DNA of 64,000 nucleotides from Bdellovibrionota bacterium (GTDB taxonomy: Bacteria; Bdellovibrionota_C; UBA2361; OMII01). Of this stretch, positions 1-9,491 are shown piece by piece. Below the pieces are notes generated by a model, which was not told the origin of the DNA, did no database searches, and was given only the letters and a program-made list of their open reading frames with translations. The position numbers were made by a program, and so were the translations under genes. The stretch is taken from the NCBI GenBank assembly GCA_044360075.1, contig JBIKLA010000011.1:26668-90667 (forward strand), given 5' to 3'. Each line of letters starts with the position of its first letter. Within the stretch, counting starts at the first letter, position 1.

Positions 1-71
1 AGGGGTCCTTTAAGCGCCAACCTGCACTTGCCAAACCCCTGTGGTTGTTCTACTCAACAAGCCTAGTGTGA

Positions 72-146
72 TGCCCGGTAGCCAAGTGGTAAGGCAGCGG
101 ATTTTGATTCCGCCATACGCAGGTTCGACCCCTGCCCGGGCAACCA
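72..146 (+). tRNA. tRNA-Gln (anticodon UUG)
   Basis: Cloverleaf read directly: 7-bp acceptor stem TGCCCGG/CCGGGCA, anticodon stem GCGGA/TCCGC with loop TTTTGAT (anticodon TTG), T-arm GGTTCGA, 3' CCA encoded. Sits upstream of prs, as in many bacteria. Confidence 0.85.
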
Positions 147-300
147 TCGTGTGCTCATGGCGGCGTTCTTTTGGCGTGAACCCTTTACGCCCTGCTGCAT
201 GAGTGGGGACCTGCGGCAGCCGCGCCTCCGCCGCTCACTCGGCGAGGATGTACTCGCGTGGGTTCCAAAAAAGGGGAACGGTTATCTCCAAGGAGCTCCC

Positions 301-1245
301 ATGTCCCGACCTCTTCTCGTGTTCTCCGGTCGCTCAAATGCAAGCTTCTCTGAGTCAGTGGCGTCGACACTGGGCGTTTCTCTCGGCGCGCTCGAGGTGG
401 TTCAGTTCGCCGACGGCGAGCTCTCGGTCGAGATCGGGGACAACGTGCGGGGGGGGGATGTCTTTGTCCTGCAGAGCACGAGCACTCCGGGCAATGACCA
501 CCTCATGGAGCTCCTGATCATTATAGACGCTCTCAAGCGATCTTCGGCGGGGCGTATCACGGCCGCGATTCCGTATTTCGGCTACGCCCGCCAAGACAGG
601 AAGATCAAGCCCCGCGTTCCGATCACCGCCAAGCTCATATCTGACATGATCACAACAGCCGGGGCAGATCGCGTTCTTACGATGGACCTTCACGCCGGCC
701 AGATGATGGGCTTCTTCGACATTCCGGTAGATAATCTATACGCGCTCCCGATCATGGTCCCGTACCTCAAGTCAAAGTACGGCACCAATGGGGTCACGAT
801 CGTGTCTCCGGACGTGGGCGGCCTTGAGCGCGCCAGGTTTCTTGCAACGCGCCTCGACAACGCACCTCTTGCCGTCATCGACAAGCGCCGCGGCGGCCCG
901 AACAAAGTGGACTCCATGACAGTCGTGGGCGAGGTCGAGGGTGACATCTGTATCATCGTCGACGACATGGCTGACACGGGAGGAACGCTCCTTAAGGCTG
1001 CCGAGACGCTTATGAAGGCCGGGGCCAAGAAGGTCATAGCCTGCTGCGTTCACGCCGTTCTCTCGGGAGACTCGCGCAAGAGGCTCAACGAGTCTCTGAT
1101 AGAAGAGGTAATCGTGACCGACACGATCGCCCACGCCAAGGGCTCGCTGGGTAACAGGATCACGACTCTCTCGGTGGCGCCGCTCTTTGCGGAGGCCATC
1201 CGGCGCATCCACTCGGACGACTCGGTTAGCAGCCTATTCCGCTAA
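301..1245 (+). CDS. prs: ribose-phosphate pyrophosphokinase
   Basis: Prs-family motifs throughout (FSGRS..., PYFGYARQDRK, DLHAGQ, DDMADTGGT). The ATG at 301 is preceded by a GGAG ribosome-binding site; the ORF track extends to 151 in the same frame. Confidence 0.9.
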   Translation: MSRPLLVFSGRSNASFSESVASTLGVSLGALEVVQFADGELSVEIGDNVRGGDVFVLQSTSTPGNDHLMELLIIIDALKRSSAGRITAAIPYFGYARQDRKIKPRVPITAKLISDMITTAGADRVLTMDLHAGQMMGFFDIPVDNLYALPIMVPYLKSKYGTNGVTIVSPDVGGLERARFLATRLDNAPLAVIDKRRGGPNKVDSMTVVGEVEGDICIIVDDMADTGGTLLKAAETLMKAGAKKVIACCVHAVLSGDSRKRLNESLIEEVIVTDTIAHAKGSLGNRITTLSVAPLFAEAIRRIHSDDSVSSLFR

Positions 1246-1388
1246 CCAATTGGTTTTGCTGAGCTTTCAGCAGAACCACAAGTTCTCTGAGAGTTCGTGG
1301 TGGGCGGTAAACGTAAGGATGGCGGCTCTTTACCTTGGGCGGGGCTTCTGGTACGTTTCCGGCTCGTTTTTACTAAGGAAGTACAGCC

Positions 1389-2096
1389 GTGGAACAGTTC
1401 ACAATTGAAGTTACCGAGAGAGTTAACACCGGAAAGGGCTCAGCTAACAGGAGCCGCAAGCAGGGCTTGATACCGGGAGTAGCATACCATCGCCACGACG
1501 AGCCGACGCCGATCGAGATGCCGTCGAAGGAGTTTACGCTCCTGGCGCGCAAGGCGCGTCGCTCTCAGGTATTCACTTTCAAGAGCACTTCGGATTCTCT
1601 CAACGGCAGGGCGGCGATCGTTAAGGAGATCCAGCAGGACTACCTTAGGGGCGTGGTAACGCACGTTGACTTCCAGACTCTCAAGGACGACGAGCAGATC
1701 ACGGTCGACGTACCGGTCAAGATCGTAGGCGAAGCGCCGGGCGTGAAAGTTGAGAAGGGCATTCTCACGATCGTCACCCACGAGGTATCGGTGCGCTGCC
1801 TTCCGAAGAACATTCCAGTTGTCATCGAGGTTGATGTCACCTCTCTCAACCTGGGTGAGTCACTTCACGCCGACCAGCTCAAGCTTGGTACGGGCGTCGT
1901 CCTTGCCGACGATGCGCAGGAGACGATCGTAAGCGTGGTCATTCCGCGTGCGGTTGAGGAGGAGGTCAAGGCAGGTGCGGAAGCTGGTGCTGAAGGCGCA
2001 GCCGCTCCGGCTGCGGGCGCGGCTCCGGCTGCGGCTGGAAAAGCTCCGGCTGCGGCTGGAAAAGCTCCAGCTGCGGGCAAGGCACCAGGAAAGTAA
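1389..2096 (+). CDS. rplY: 50S ribosomal protein L25 / general stress protein Ctc, with a C-terminal Ala/Pro/Lys-rich repeat tail
   Basis: L25/Ctc N-terminal and beta-barrel domain pattern, and the prs-ctc-pth gene order. GTG start with AAGGAAG ribosome-binding site. The tail is AAPAAGAAPAAAGKAPAAAGKAPAAGKAPGK. Confidence 0.85.
   Translation: MEQFTIEVTERVNTGKGSANRSRKQGLIPGVAYHRHDEPTPIEMPSKEFTLLARKARRSQVFTFKSTSDSLNGRAAIVKEIQQDYLRGVVTHVDFQTLKDDEQITVDVPVKIVGEAPGVKVEKGILTIVTHEVSVRCLPKNIPVVIEVDVTSLNLGESLHADQLKLGTGVVLADDAQETIVSVVIPRAVEEEVKAGAEAGAEGAAAPAAGAAPAAAGKAPAAAGKAPAAGKAPGK
1975..2096 (+). repeat. imperfect tandem ~21–24-bp repeats (gctccggctgcggctggaaaa...) encoding the AP/K-rich tail of L25
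   Basis: Direct tandem repetition visible in the nucleotide sequence near the 3' end of rplY. Confidence 0.7.
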
Positions 2097-2116
2097 CCTA
2101 AAAGCACCAGGTTCGT

Positions 2117-2782
2117 GTGAGCGTTGAGTATCGCACAGTGGTGGGGCTTGGAAATCCAGGCTCGCGCTACGCTGCAACACGCCACAACATCGGATATGCG
2201 GCAGCAGATCTGCTGCGCTCGGTGTCAGGTGCATCAAGCGACGACGAGCTTCAGTCAAGGCTCACACGTGACGCCGCAGCAGCCCTGCGGGGAGACCTAG
2301 ACCGTTCCGGATGGCAAGAGCGGGATGGACGGCTTGAGTCTTCAGTGTCGATTAACAACTGGAGCGGAACGCTCATCAAGCCCCAAACGTTCATGAACAG
2401 AAGCGGAGAGCCGCTTCAGAGCTTCCTGTCTTTCAAGAAGATCCCCATAGATCACGTGATCGTTGTTCATGACGAGATAGACCTCCCGCTTGGAGCCGTT
2501 CGAATTAAGGTGGACGGAGGAGAGGGCGGACACAACGGACTTCGATCGATATCTCAGTGCTGCGGTGGGCGGGGCTATGTCCGCGTCCGAGTGGGGATCG
2601 GCAAGCCTGCGCCCGGAAGCCCCCTGGCAGGCACGGAGGACGGCATCGCCACCTGGGTCTTGAGCCGATTCTCTACGGAGGAGCAGCCGTTCGTGGAGGA
2701 GTTGGTTGTTCGCGCTTCTCTGGCAGTGGTGGCCGTCGCCCGAGAAGGACTGAGGGCGGCTCAAAACCGATTCAACCGCTAG
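2117..2782 (+). CDS. pth: peptidyl-tRNA hydrolase (carries an internal ~35-aa insertion relative to typical Pth)
   Basis: N-terminal VGLGNPG..RHNIG motif, VVHDEIDLP motif, and the ctc-pth gene order. GTG start. Confidence 0.85.
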   Translation: MSVEYRTVVGLGNPGSRYAATRHNIGYAAADLLRSVSGASSDDELQSRLTRDAAAALRGDLDRSGWQERDGRLESSVSINNWSGTLIKPQTFMNRSGEPLQSFLSFKKIPIDHVIVVHDEIDLPLGAVRIKVDGGEGGHNGLRSISQCCGGRGYVRVRVGIGKPAPGSPLAGTEDGIATWVLSRFSTEEQPFVEELVVRASLAVVAVAREGLRAAQNRFNR

Positions 2783-3029
2783 AATCCCTAACTACTTGAT
2801 ATCTGTGCCGCACGGACTGTACCGCCGCCCCAGCTTTTTCCCCCAAGCGCCCTGGATTAGTTGTCTTTTTGGCTCGATCTGTTAGACTCCCCCGGCTTTT
2901 GCGTCTGCGCCATCGCTGCTTGCAGGATCGCCTGTTTTTGCTGCATGGCTCCGTTTTCCCGGAGGGTTTGCGCAGGTCGGGCGTGAGGCGCGTAAGGCTA
3001 GTTTAGGAAACAAGAAGAAGGACAAGGCC

Positions 3030-3416
3030 ATGGAAGTTCGCCGTTACGAGTCGGTCGTAGTTTTTAATCCCCGCTTGAACGACTCTCAGCTTAAGGATGA
3101 GATAAAGAAGGTAGAGACAATTCTAACCTCTAACAAGGCCACGATCAGTGGAGTTGATCAGTGGGGAAAGAAAGAGATGTCCTTCGCTTTCCAGAAGCAG
3201 AAGTTCGGTGTCTTCGTCTCGTTCAATTATGAGTCGGCCAACCACGATGCCCCGAATGCGCTTCAGTCGATCCTACGCATCACTGACTCGGTCCACAAGT
3301 TTCAGACTCACCTGATCAGGACCAAGACCCGAAAGTTCAAGGGCAATCCGAAGCGCCTCACGCAGCCTCGCGGAGAGGGCGATGAGTTTGATTTCGGCGC
3401 AGAGTCATTCGAGTAA
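3030..3416 (+). CDS. rpsF: 30S ribosomal protein S6
   Basis: S6-like sequence (RRYESVVVFNP...), size 128 aa, adjacent to rplI. Confidence 0.85.
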   Translation: MEVRRYESVVVFNPRLNDSQLKDEIKKVETILTSNKATISGVDQWGKKEMSFAFQKQKFGVFVSFNYESANHDAPNALQSILRITDSVHKFQTHLIRTKTRKFKGNPKRLTQPRGEGDEFDFGAESFE

Positions 3417-3461
3417 GCAGAGCCCAACGGAATAGGGAAAGGAATTTAGAAGGAGTTAGCC

Positions 3462-4055
3462 ATGGAAGTTATTTTGCGTGAAGATTACCTGTCGCTCGGC
3501 TACGTCGGGGACACGGTTCGTGTGAGGCGCGGCTACGCGCGGAATTTCCTCATCCCACGCGGCATCGCAGTAGAGTCTTCTGCCTCGAACGACCGAGTCC
3601 TCAAGCACAAGCTCTCGGCCATCGTGGCAAAGCGCCTCAAGAAAAAGGCTGAGGCGGAGCAGTTTGGTAAGATCCTTGAGCAGGTCATCGTTGAACTTAC
3701 GCTTAAGATCGGCGCGAAGGGCAAGAGCTTCGGCTCAGTAACGACCAAGGACATCGAAGCGGCTCTCAAGGCGCTCGGGTACGAGGTTGATCGCCGCCAG
3801 ATCCGCATACCTGACGCTATCCGGGCTGCCGGCGCGCACAAGGTGGAGGTTAAGCTGCACTCCGAGGTAGCGGTGCCCCTTCAGGTTAAGGTAATCGCCC
3901 AGCAGGCTGCACCCGTTGCGGCATCAGAGGGCGAAGCAGACGCCAAGGGCAAGCGCAAGAGCCGCAAGAAGGTGGCCGCTGAGGGACAGGCTGACGAAGG
4001 TGATCAGTCGGCGTCCGAGGAAGGAGCAGCTGCGGCAGAGGCTACCGAAGAGTAG
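3462..4055 (+). CDS. rplI: 50S ribosomal protein L9 with an acidic Ala/Glu-rich C-terminal extension
   Basis: N-terminal L9 signature (MEVILREDYLSLGYVGDTVRVRRGYARNFLIPRG). GAAGGAG ribosome-binding site upstream. Confidence 0.9.
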   Translation: MEVILREDYLSLGYVGDTVRVRRGYARNFLIPRGIAVESSASNDRVLKHKLSAIVAKRLKKKAEAEQFGKILEQVIVELTLKIGAKGKSFGSVTTKDIEAALKALGYEVDRRQIRIPDAIRAAGAHKVEVKLHSEVAVPLQVKVIAQQAAPVAASEGEADAKGKRKSRKKVAAEGQADEGDQSASEEGAAAAEATEE

Positions 4056-4081
4056 TCGTCCAGCAGCCCGGCCAACGGGAG

Positions 4082-5059
4082 ATGTGGCGGAGTGCCAACG
4101 GCGTCGCTCGAGTGCTTGTCGTTAGGACGTTGCGCATGGAAAAGACAGACGCGAAGGCAGGAACACCCATGCGGGGGCTCCAAAGCCCGATTGTCGGGCG
4201 GCCTGGCTTCTCGCGCTCGCGGCTCGTTCTTGTACTAAGCTTCTCTGCCTCTTTTATAGCTGCGTATTTCGCGTTCACGTTTATAGCCTCGTTCTGGGCA
4301 GCACGGTCCGGCTCTTCATTCTCGATTGCCACCGATCACGACGGCGATGAGGTGTTTTCCGATGCACTTGTTCTCAAGGGGGCGTCGAATGCGGTCCGGA
4401 TTGCAGACGCGCCAGGCCTCAGCCCGGTCGCAGACACGGACTTTATCTTTTTCTTGTGGTTCAAGATGCGTGAGCAGCTTGCCAAGGAGGAGCGGGTATA
4501 TTTGATGGGCAAGTTTGCCCCCGAGTCGAAGGAGCGCATCGGCTACGGCCTCGCGCTGGCAAGCGGCCCTGATGGCATCCGTCCTCAGGTGTACTGGCAG
4601 CCCTCATCGGGCTCCGGCAAATGGTACACCTTTGCGGCGGCTCCCCTGCGTCCGCAGCAGTGGTACCTCATGACTCTTTCTTTTCGTGATCATAAGTACC
4701 TCGGCGTTCACCTGGTTCCTCTCGGGCCCGGGGGCGATCCACTGGTTCTCGGCGGCTACGGCGTTGACTCGCCTAACCTTCCCGCCTCGCCGGCAGACCT
4801 GGTCGTTGGCGCGTTTGGGCAAACAACCTTCAAGGGCAGGATTGGTCCCTTCGGAGTCATCCAGTCGAAGGCATTTTCGGATGATATACCGGCATTTCTC
4901 AGGCTGATTGCAGCCGAGCCCCTGACCCTTCCGGAAGCGATTGACCCCAAGGAAGTGGCGCTGTGGGCCTCTCCCCGCAAGGACCGGGGGCCTCAAGCCC
5001 TTAAGATCCTCAGCGCGCGCACCGGGCGCGAAATACCCTCCAAGCGAGCGGAGGAATAG
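4082..5059 (+). CDS. membrane-anchored hypothetical protein, possibly a LamG/concanavalin-like jelly-roll domain
   Basis: N-terminal hydrophobic segment (LVLVLSFSASFIAAYFAFTFIASFWAA) followed by a beta-rich domain. The start codon is uncertain (alternative ATGs at 4136 and 4169). Confidence 0.45.
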   Translation: MWRSANGVARVLVVRTLRMEKTDAKAGTPMRGLQSPIVGRPGFSRSRLVLVLSFSASFIAAYFAFTFIASFWAARSGSSFSIATDHDGDEVFSDALVLKGASNAVRIADAPGLSPVADTDFIFFLWFKMREQLAKEERVYLMGKFAPESKERIGYGLALASGPDGIRPQVYWQPSSGSGKWYTFAAAPLRPQQWYLMTLSFRDHKYLGVHLVPLGPGGDPLVLGGYGVDSPNLPASPADLVVGAFGQTTFKGRIGPFGVIQSKAFSDDIPAFLRLIAAEPLTLPEAIDPKEVALWASPRKDRGPQALKILSARTGREIPSKRAEE

Positions 5060-5069
5060 GTCAGACCAC

Positions 5070-5675
5070 CTAGCGGGCTGCAGCAACCACGTCGAGAACC
5101 TGGCCGCTAAAGCCCGACTCAACGGCATACACATACGTCTGGGCGACAATGTCCGCCGGAGTTCCGCTGGAGGGATCCATGTTCAGCGCGAGCAGCGTCT
5201 CTCTGACCCAGCCGGGCGCCACTAGGTTGATTCGGATGTGCCGTGGCAGCTCAATCGCAGCCGCGCGCACGAAGCCCTCCAGGGCCGCGTTAACCATGCT
5301 TACCGCAGCGCCACCAGGCATTGGGGCGCGGCTCAGGAGCCCCCCGGATAGTGTAAATGACCCGCGATCGTTCAAGAAGTTGATGCCATGCCGAACCAGA
5401 TTGACCTGGCCCATGAGCTTGCTCTTCAGGCTCAAACTATAGTCCTCGTCTGACAGCGATACGAGCGGACGAAAGGTTGCATGCCCGGCCACGCTCACAA
5501 CGGCGTCGACCTTCCCGACCTTTTTGAATAGCTGCTCAATCGATGCAGGATCTGAGATGTCCACCTTGAGCTGGGCGCGCGAATGGCTCGCCTTGATAAC
5601 TTCATACTTATCCTCAAGCGCGTGGGTAACTGGAGTTCCGATCGTTCCGGTTGAACCGATAACTAGTACCTTCAT
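5070..5675 (-). CDS. NAD(P)-dependent short-chain dehydrogenase/reductase family protein
   Basis: Rossmann motif MKVLVIGSTGTIGT at the N-terminus; 201 aa. Confidence 0.7.
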   Translation of the reverse strand: MKVLVIGSTGTIGTPVTHALEDKYEVIKASHSRAQLKVDISDPASIEQLFKKVGKVDAVVSVAGHATFRPLVSLSDEDYSLSLKSKLMGQVNLVRHGINFLNDRGSFTLSGGLLSRAPMPGGAAVSMVNAALEGFVRAAAIELPRHIRINLVAPGWVRETLLALNMDPSSGTPADIVAQTYVYAVESGFSGQVLDVVAAAR

Positions 5676-5677
5676 GG

Positions 5678-7294
5678 TTGCTCCGCATCACATACAGCCG
5701 TTGCTCTGGAGCTTACACAGAAGGTCCCACCCAAGCCATCCATTTTGTGGCCCCTCGTCCCGCAACATCGGTTGGCCACCTCCGAACTCACGCAGGGGGC
5801 AGGCGCATGGCTCAGGGGAAAAAATCACTGGCGATACTTCGTGTGCATGCCCCGGCGGTGCCCTATGCCGCCTGCATCGCATGCGGACAGCTGGCGGCTT
5901 GGGCAGCCGGTTCACACATCTCCCTCGCTATCGTGGTGGTGCTCGCGTTCCTGCTCGCCGTGCGCGAACGAGGGCGCATCGCGCCACATGCCGCGCTGCT
6001 CGTCGGGGTCCTCTCGTGTCTGCCAGCTCTCTTCCGGCCCCTTCCTGGCAATTCAAACGAGGACCGCAGCACGCTCGTGCTCGTGAGCGGCGACATCCGG
6101 CGCAGCCAGCCGGGTCAGGTCACGTTTGAGGCGGTAGACATGCTGGGGCAACATCGGCTGAGGCTCACCTGCAGGGCGGTTGAGCTGCCGTGGCGCAACG
6201 CCGGCAACCTGCAGCCCGGTGACATCGTGTGGGTGCGCGGACGATTTGAGCCTGTCGAGCGACAGCTAAGCCCATGGGCGTGGGAGAGCTGGCTGTGGAG
6301 GAGGGGCATCTCCTGGCAGGTGAAAGCGCGATTCATCTCTCGTCCCGTTGCACACACCCATCCGGGATCCTTGAGCGAGGCGCGCGCGTGGCTCAAGGAG
6401 CGCGTTGAGCGGCTGGCCCCCAACCGGCGCGGCGCAGCGGTCTTGCTTTCGATGGCGCTGGGGTATCGCGATGTCCTGAGCGAGCCGGTCGAACGGGCTT
6501 TCACAAGCCTAGGCCTGACCCACCTGCTTGTCGTTTCCGGATATCAGGTGAGCATGGTCTTCGCGGCTGTGTACGGGATGCTGGTGCTCGTAGGCGCCAA
6601 AAGCCTGCGCGTCAGAGGGCTGCGCGCCGCCGTTGCCGCCGTGTCCCTCTCCGCTGCGCTTGCATACGTGCTCTTTATCGGCGCAGAGATGTCCGCGACT
6701 CGAGCCATCATCGCCGCGACATGCGCCTGCCTTGAGGTGCTGTGCGAAGGCGGAAGGCGCTTCGCGCAGCGGTGGGGCGTCGCCCTGCTTATCATGCAGA
6801 TACTGTGGCCATGGGCGATCCTTGAGGTTGGCGTGCAGCTCACCTTCGCCGCGCTGGCTGGCATAGGACTCGGCGCCGTCCTCGGCTTCGGGAGCGCCAC
6901 GAGAACCTTCTTATGGGTGCAGCTATCAGTATGGCTGCTGACCTCAACTATAGTCGCGGCGTGGTCGGGAACGGTCTCGTTGAGCGGGCTGCTGCTCAAC
7001 GTCCTGGCTGCGTCAGCGTGGTCTGCCTTTAACTGTACCGTAGGGCTGCTGGCGCTCACGGTGGCGATGATAAACGGCCCCTTCGGGCTTCCCCTGCTTG
7101 AGGGGGTCATGCGGGCAAATGAGGCACTCACTGCTACTATCCTAGTGGTAACCGAGTGGACGGTATCCCGCTGGGAGCTAGTCGGGACGTCACGTTGGCT
7201 GGCGACAGGGCTTCTGTTTTGGGCGTCGGCCGCCGTCGCCCGGCGCGCCCACTTGCGGCACCGGGCCGCGATGATTGCCGCCCGTGCGCACTAG
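5678..7294 (+). CDS. comEC: ComEC/Rec2-family membrane protein (competence-domain only)
   Basis: Conserved ComEC block SLGLTHLLVVSGYQVSMV and a polytopic membrane profile. The start may be the internal ATG near 5807. Confidence 0.7.
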   Translation: MLRITYSRCSGAYTEGPTQAIHFVAPRPATSVGHLRTHAGGRRMAQGKKSLAILRVHAPAVPYAACIACGQLAAWAAGSHISLAIVVVLAFLLAVRERGRIAPHAALLVGVLSCLPALFRPLPGNSNEDRSTLVLVSGDIRRSQPGQVTFEAVDMLGQHRLRLTCRAVELPWRNAGNLQPGDIVWVRGRFEPVERQLSPWAWESWLWRRGISWQVKARFISRPVAHTHPGSLSEARAWLKERVERLAPNRRGAAVLLSMALGYRDVLSEPVERAFTSLGLTHLLVVSGYQVSMVFAAVYGMLVLVGAKSLRVRGLRAAVAAVSLSAALAYVLFIGAEMSATRAIIAATCACLEVLCEGGRRFAQRWGVALLIMQILWPWAILEVGVQLTFAALAGIGLGAVLGFGSATRTFLWVQLSVWLLTSTIVAAWSGTVSLSGLLLNVLAASAWSAFNCTVGLLALTVAMINGPFGLPLLEGVMRANEALTATILVVTEWTVSRWELVGTSRWLATGLLFWASAAVARRAHLRHRAAMIAARAH

Positions 7295-8373
7295 GCAGCG
7301 AGGCAGACGCGCTTGAGGCTGTCGATGTTCTCAACGACCCTTCCGACACCGCGCACCACGCAGGTAAGCGGGTCAGAGTCGCGCACAAAGTTAATGCCGG
7401 TCTTTTCGGTAAGCTTTTCTGCAAGGCCGCGCAGCAGCGCCCCACCGCCGGCCAGGTGCACGCCGTTGGCGAGGATGTCCTGAGCCACCTCTGGATTGAC
7501 GTTCTCAAGCGCTGTGTAGATCGCACCAACGATCGCGCACAGCGGCTCCTGAAGCGCCACGCGCACAACCTCATTTGTGAGCTCCATCGAGCGTGGCATG
7601 CCGGTCGACACATCGCGCCCGAACACGGTCATGACGAGGGGAGGGGTGTGATGCAGAAGCGAGCCGATCGTGACTTTGACCCTCTCGGCCTCGAAGATGC
7701 TGATTTCAAGACCGCAACGCTGGCGGACGTAGCGCTGAATCGCCTCGTCCATCTCATCGCCAGCGACGCGAATCGCATACGAGTAGACGGTGCCGCCGAG
7801 GCTTAGAATCGCTATCTCGGTGGTTCCACCGCCGATGTCGACAACCATGCTGCCGATTGGCTGGTCGATAGGGAGACCGCTCCCAACTGCAGCGGCCATC
7901 GACTCCTCTACGAGGAATACTTGGCGAACCCCGGAAGAGAGCGCCGCATCGAGCACGGCACGCTTCTCAACCTGGGTAATATCGGAGGGAACCCCGATAA
8001 CGGCCCGCGGACGCACAATCGACCAGCGGCGGCGCACCACCTTGAGCATGTGGCGAATCATCTCGGTCGTCACGCCAAAATCAGCGATAACGCCATCCTT
8101 TATCGGGCGGACGCACTTAATGCGGCGCGAGGTCTTTCCGTACATCTGCTTGGCGGCAAGGCCGACTGCGAGGAGCTCATTAGTGTCCGCATCAAGCGCA
8201 ACAACCGACGGCTCATTGAGCACAAGCCCCTCTCCTTTAACGTACACCAGGGTGTTTGCTGTCCCGAGGTCGATGGCGATATCAGCGCTTAGGAACGCCG
8301 AGAGACGCTTCCATAACGCGGAGCCTTTAAGCGAAGCTTTTTCCGGTAGCTTAAGCACGATTACCTCCAACAA
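7291..8373 (-). CDS. mreB: rod-shape-determining actin homologue MreB
   Basis: IDLGTANTLVYVKGEGLVLNEPSVVAL and other actin/MreB phosphate and adenosine motifs. The N-terminus is longer than E. coli MreB, so the start is uncertain. Confidence 0.85.
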   Translation of the reverse strand: MLEVIVLKLPEKASLKGSALWKRLSAFLSADIAIDLGTANTLVYVKGEGLVLNEPSVVALDADTNELLAVGLAAKQMYGKTSRRIKCVRPIKDGVIADFGVTTEMIRHMLKVVRRRWSIVRPRAVIGVPSDITQVEKRAVLDAALSSGVRQVFLVEESMAAAVGSGLPIDQPIGSMVVDIGGGTTEIAILSLGGTVYSYAIRVAGDEMDEAIQRYVRQRCGLEISIFEAERVKVTIGSLLHHTPPLVMTVFGRDVSTGMPRSMELTNEVVRVALQEPLCAIVGAIYTALENVNPEVAQDILANGVHLAGGGALLRGLAEKLTEKTGINFVRDSDPLTCVVRGVGRVVENIDSLKRVCLAA

Positions 8374-9373
8374 CCACAGACGGGGCGGCTTTTGTTGACG
8401 TTGCAGCAGCGCTGGGGCGCTGCTGAAGTATCAGATCGAGATCGAACCCTTGGGCACGGGCCAATCGGGCCGGGAAGCCCTGCAGGGAAACCGAGAACGG
8501 GCGAGCCCCCGAGTTTAGGTGGTTCGCCAGCGTCTTGAGCTTATGCTGAAAAAAAGCGCTCATCATGTTGTCGAGCGCGATGAGGATGTCCCCGTTCGGA
8601 AGCCTGACGAGGGGAAAGTGTGGGGGAAGGGCCTGTTGAACGAGGCGCATAAACTGCTCGCTCTGCTGAACCGCGGCAGACACGCCGCACTCCCGCTCAA
8701 CCTGCGCGAACGTCGCCACGGAGATGCGAATAATCTCGATCGACTGGGCGCCGATAGCATCAGCCAGCTGGTCCAGCTTCAGCCGGAAACTCTCCCACGA
8801 GGATTCAACCGAGGTCGTATCACGCTTAACGAGCGCCCAGAAAAGGAGGCGCGACACTTGTACCGCCAGATCCTCCAGGTGCTTTATCTGCACCTTGGTA
8901 AAGGAGACCGCCCTGCGGCTGTCACACATGAGCACTCCGGCTGGAGTCGGGGACGAAATGCGGCCCTCAGACTCGCCTGAGGGCATCGGAATGGGAACGG
9001 CTACAAGGCTCTTAATCGCCTCAGCATCGGAGTAAAGGCCGAGTGTAGAGCTGTCGAGGTCAAAGGGGGCTACGTGGATCGACCTGCCGTGCTGAGCTAC
9101 CCAGCCGAGAAGGCCGCCACCGACCTGGATGCGGCAGTCACGCGAGAGCCCCTGCGAAAGCGACTGAACCGCGACGAGCTCGATGCTCCTTGTAGCTTCG
9201 CCATCACCCGACGACCCGGCGCTCGGTGCGCTTCTGTCAATGAGCCCAGTCGGAAGAAATATGGCACTCGTGTGAGCTTCGGAGATGTTGGCACCCAACC
9301 TGGCGAGTTTTTTGAGATCTTCGCGTATCTGGTTGATGTACATCATGAAAGTGGCCCAGCACAGCTCGCGCAA
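8351..9373 (-). CDS. GAF-domain-containing hypothetical protein
   Basis: GAF-like segment (GLLGWVAQHGRSIHVAPFD). The remainder is alpha-helical with no recognised catalytic motif. Confidence 0.45.
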   Translation of the reverse strand: MRELCWATFMMYINQIREDLKKLARLGANISEAHTSAIFLPTGLIDRSAPSAGSSGDGEATRSIELVAVQSLSQGLSRDCRIQVGGGLLGWVAQHGRSIHVAPFDLDSSTLGLYSDAEAIKSLVAVPIPMPSGESEGRISSPTPAGVLMCDSRRAVSFTKVQIKHLEDLAVQVSRLLFWALVKRDTTSVESSWESFRLKLDQLADAIGAQSIEIIRISVATFAQVERECGVSAAVQQSEQFMRLVQQALPPHFPLVRLPNGDILIALDNMMSAFFQHKLKTLANHLNSGARPFSVSLQGFPARLARAQGFDLDLILQQRPSAAATSTKAAPSVVVGGNRA

Positions 9374-9491
9374 ACCGCCGCGAGCCCCGTTACTTTAAGC
9401 AGGCTAAAGCTAACAGAGAGCCCTCGAGAGGGCAACCGGGATAGTGCCGATCCATCCCCGTTGCATGGAGTTTTTTTTCTTACCGAATGCT

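Noticed and set aside
1-71. Possible second tRNA or structured RNA upstream of tRNA-Gln (AGGGGT...ACCCCT inverted repeat)
   Set aside because: It has a 6-bp stem with a loop of about 28 nt, and no D/T-arm or anticodon-arm geometry. It is probably just the 3' flank or terminator of an upstream gene cut by the window edge.
1975-2096. Short tandem DNA repeats, considered as a CRISPR or mini-satellite
   Set aside because: The repeats are in-frame coding repeats inside rplY that specify an AP/K-rich tail. There are no spacers, and the repeat length of about 21–24 bp is contiguous.
5524-7131. Overlapping alternative-frame ORFs (201 aa on the plus strand, 195 aa on the minus strand and others) within and around comEC
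   Set aside because: Shadow ORFs of a high-GC coding region. The ComEC frame carries the conserved family motif; the others have low-complexity Arg/Ala/Ser-rich translations.
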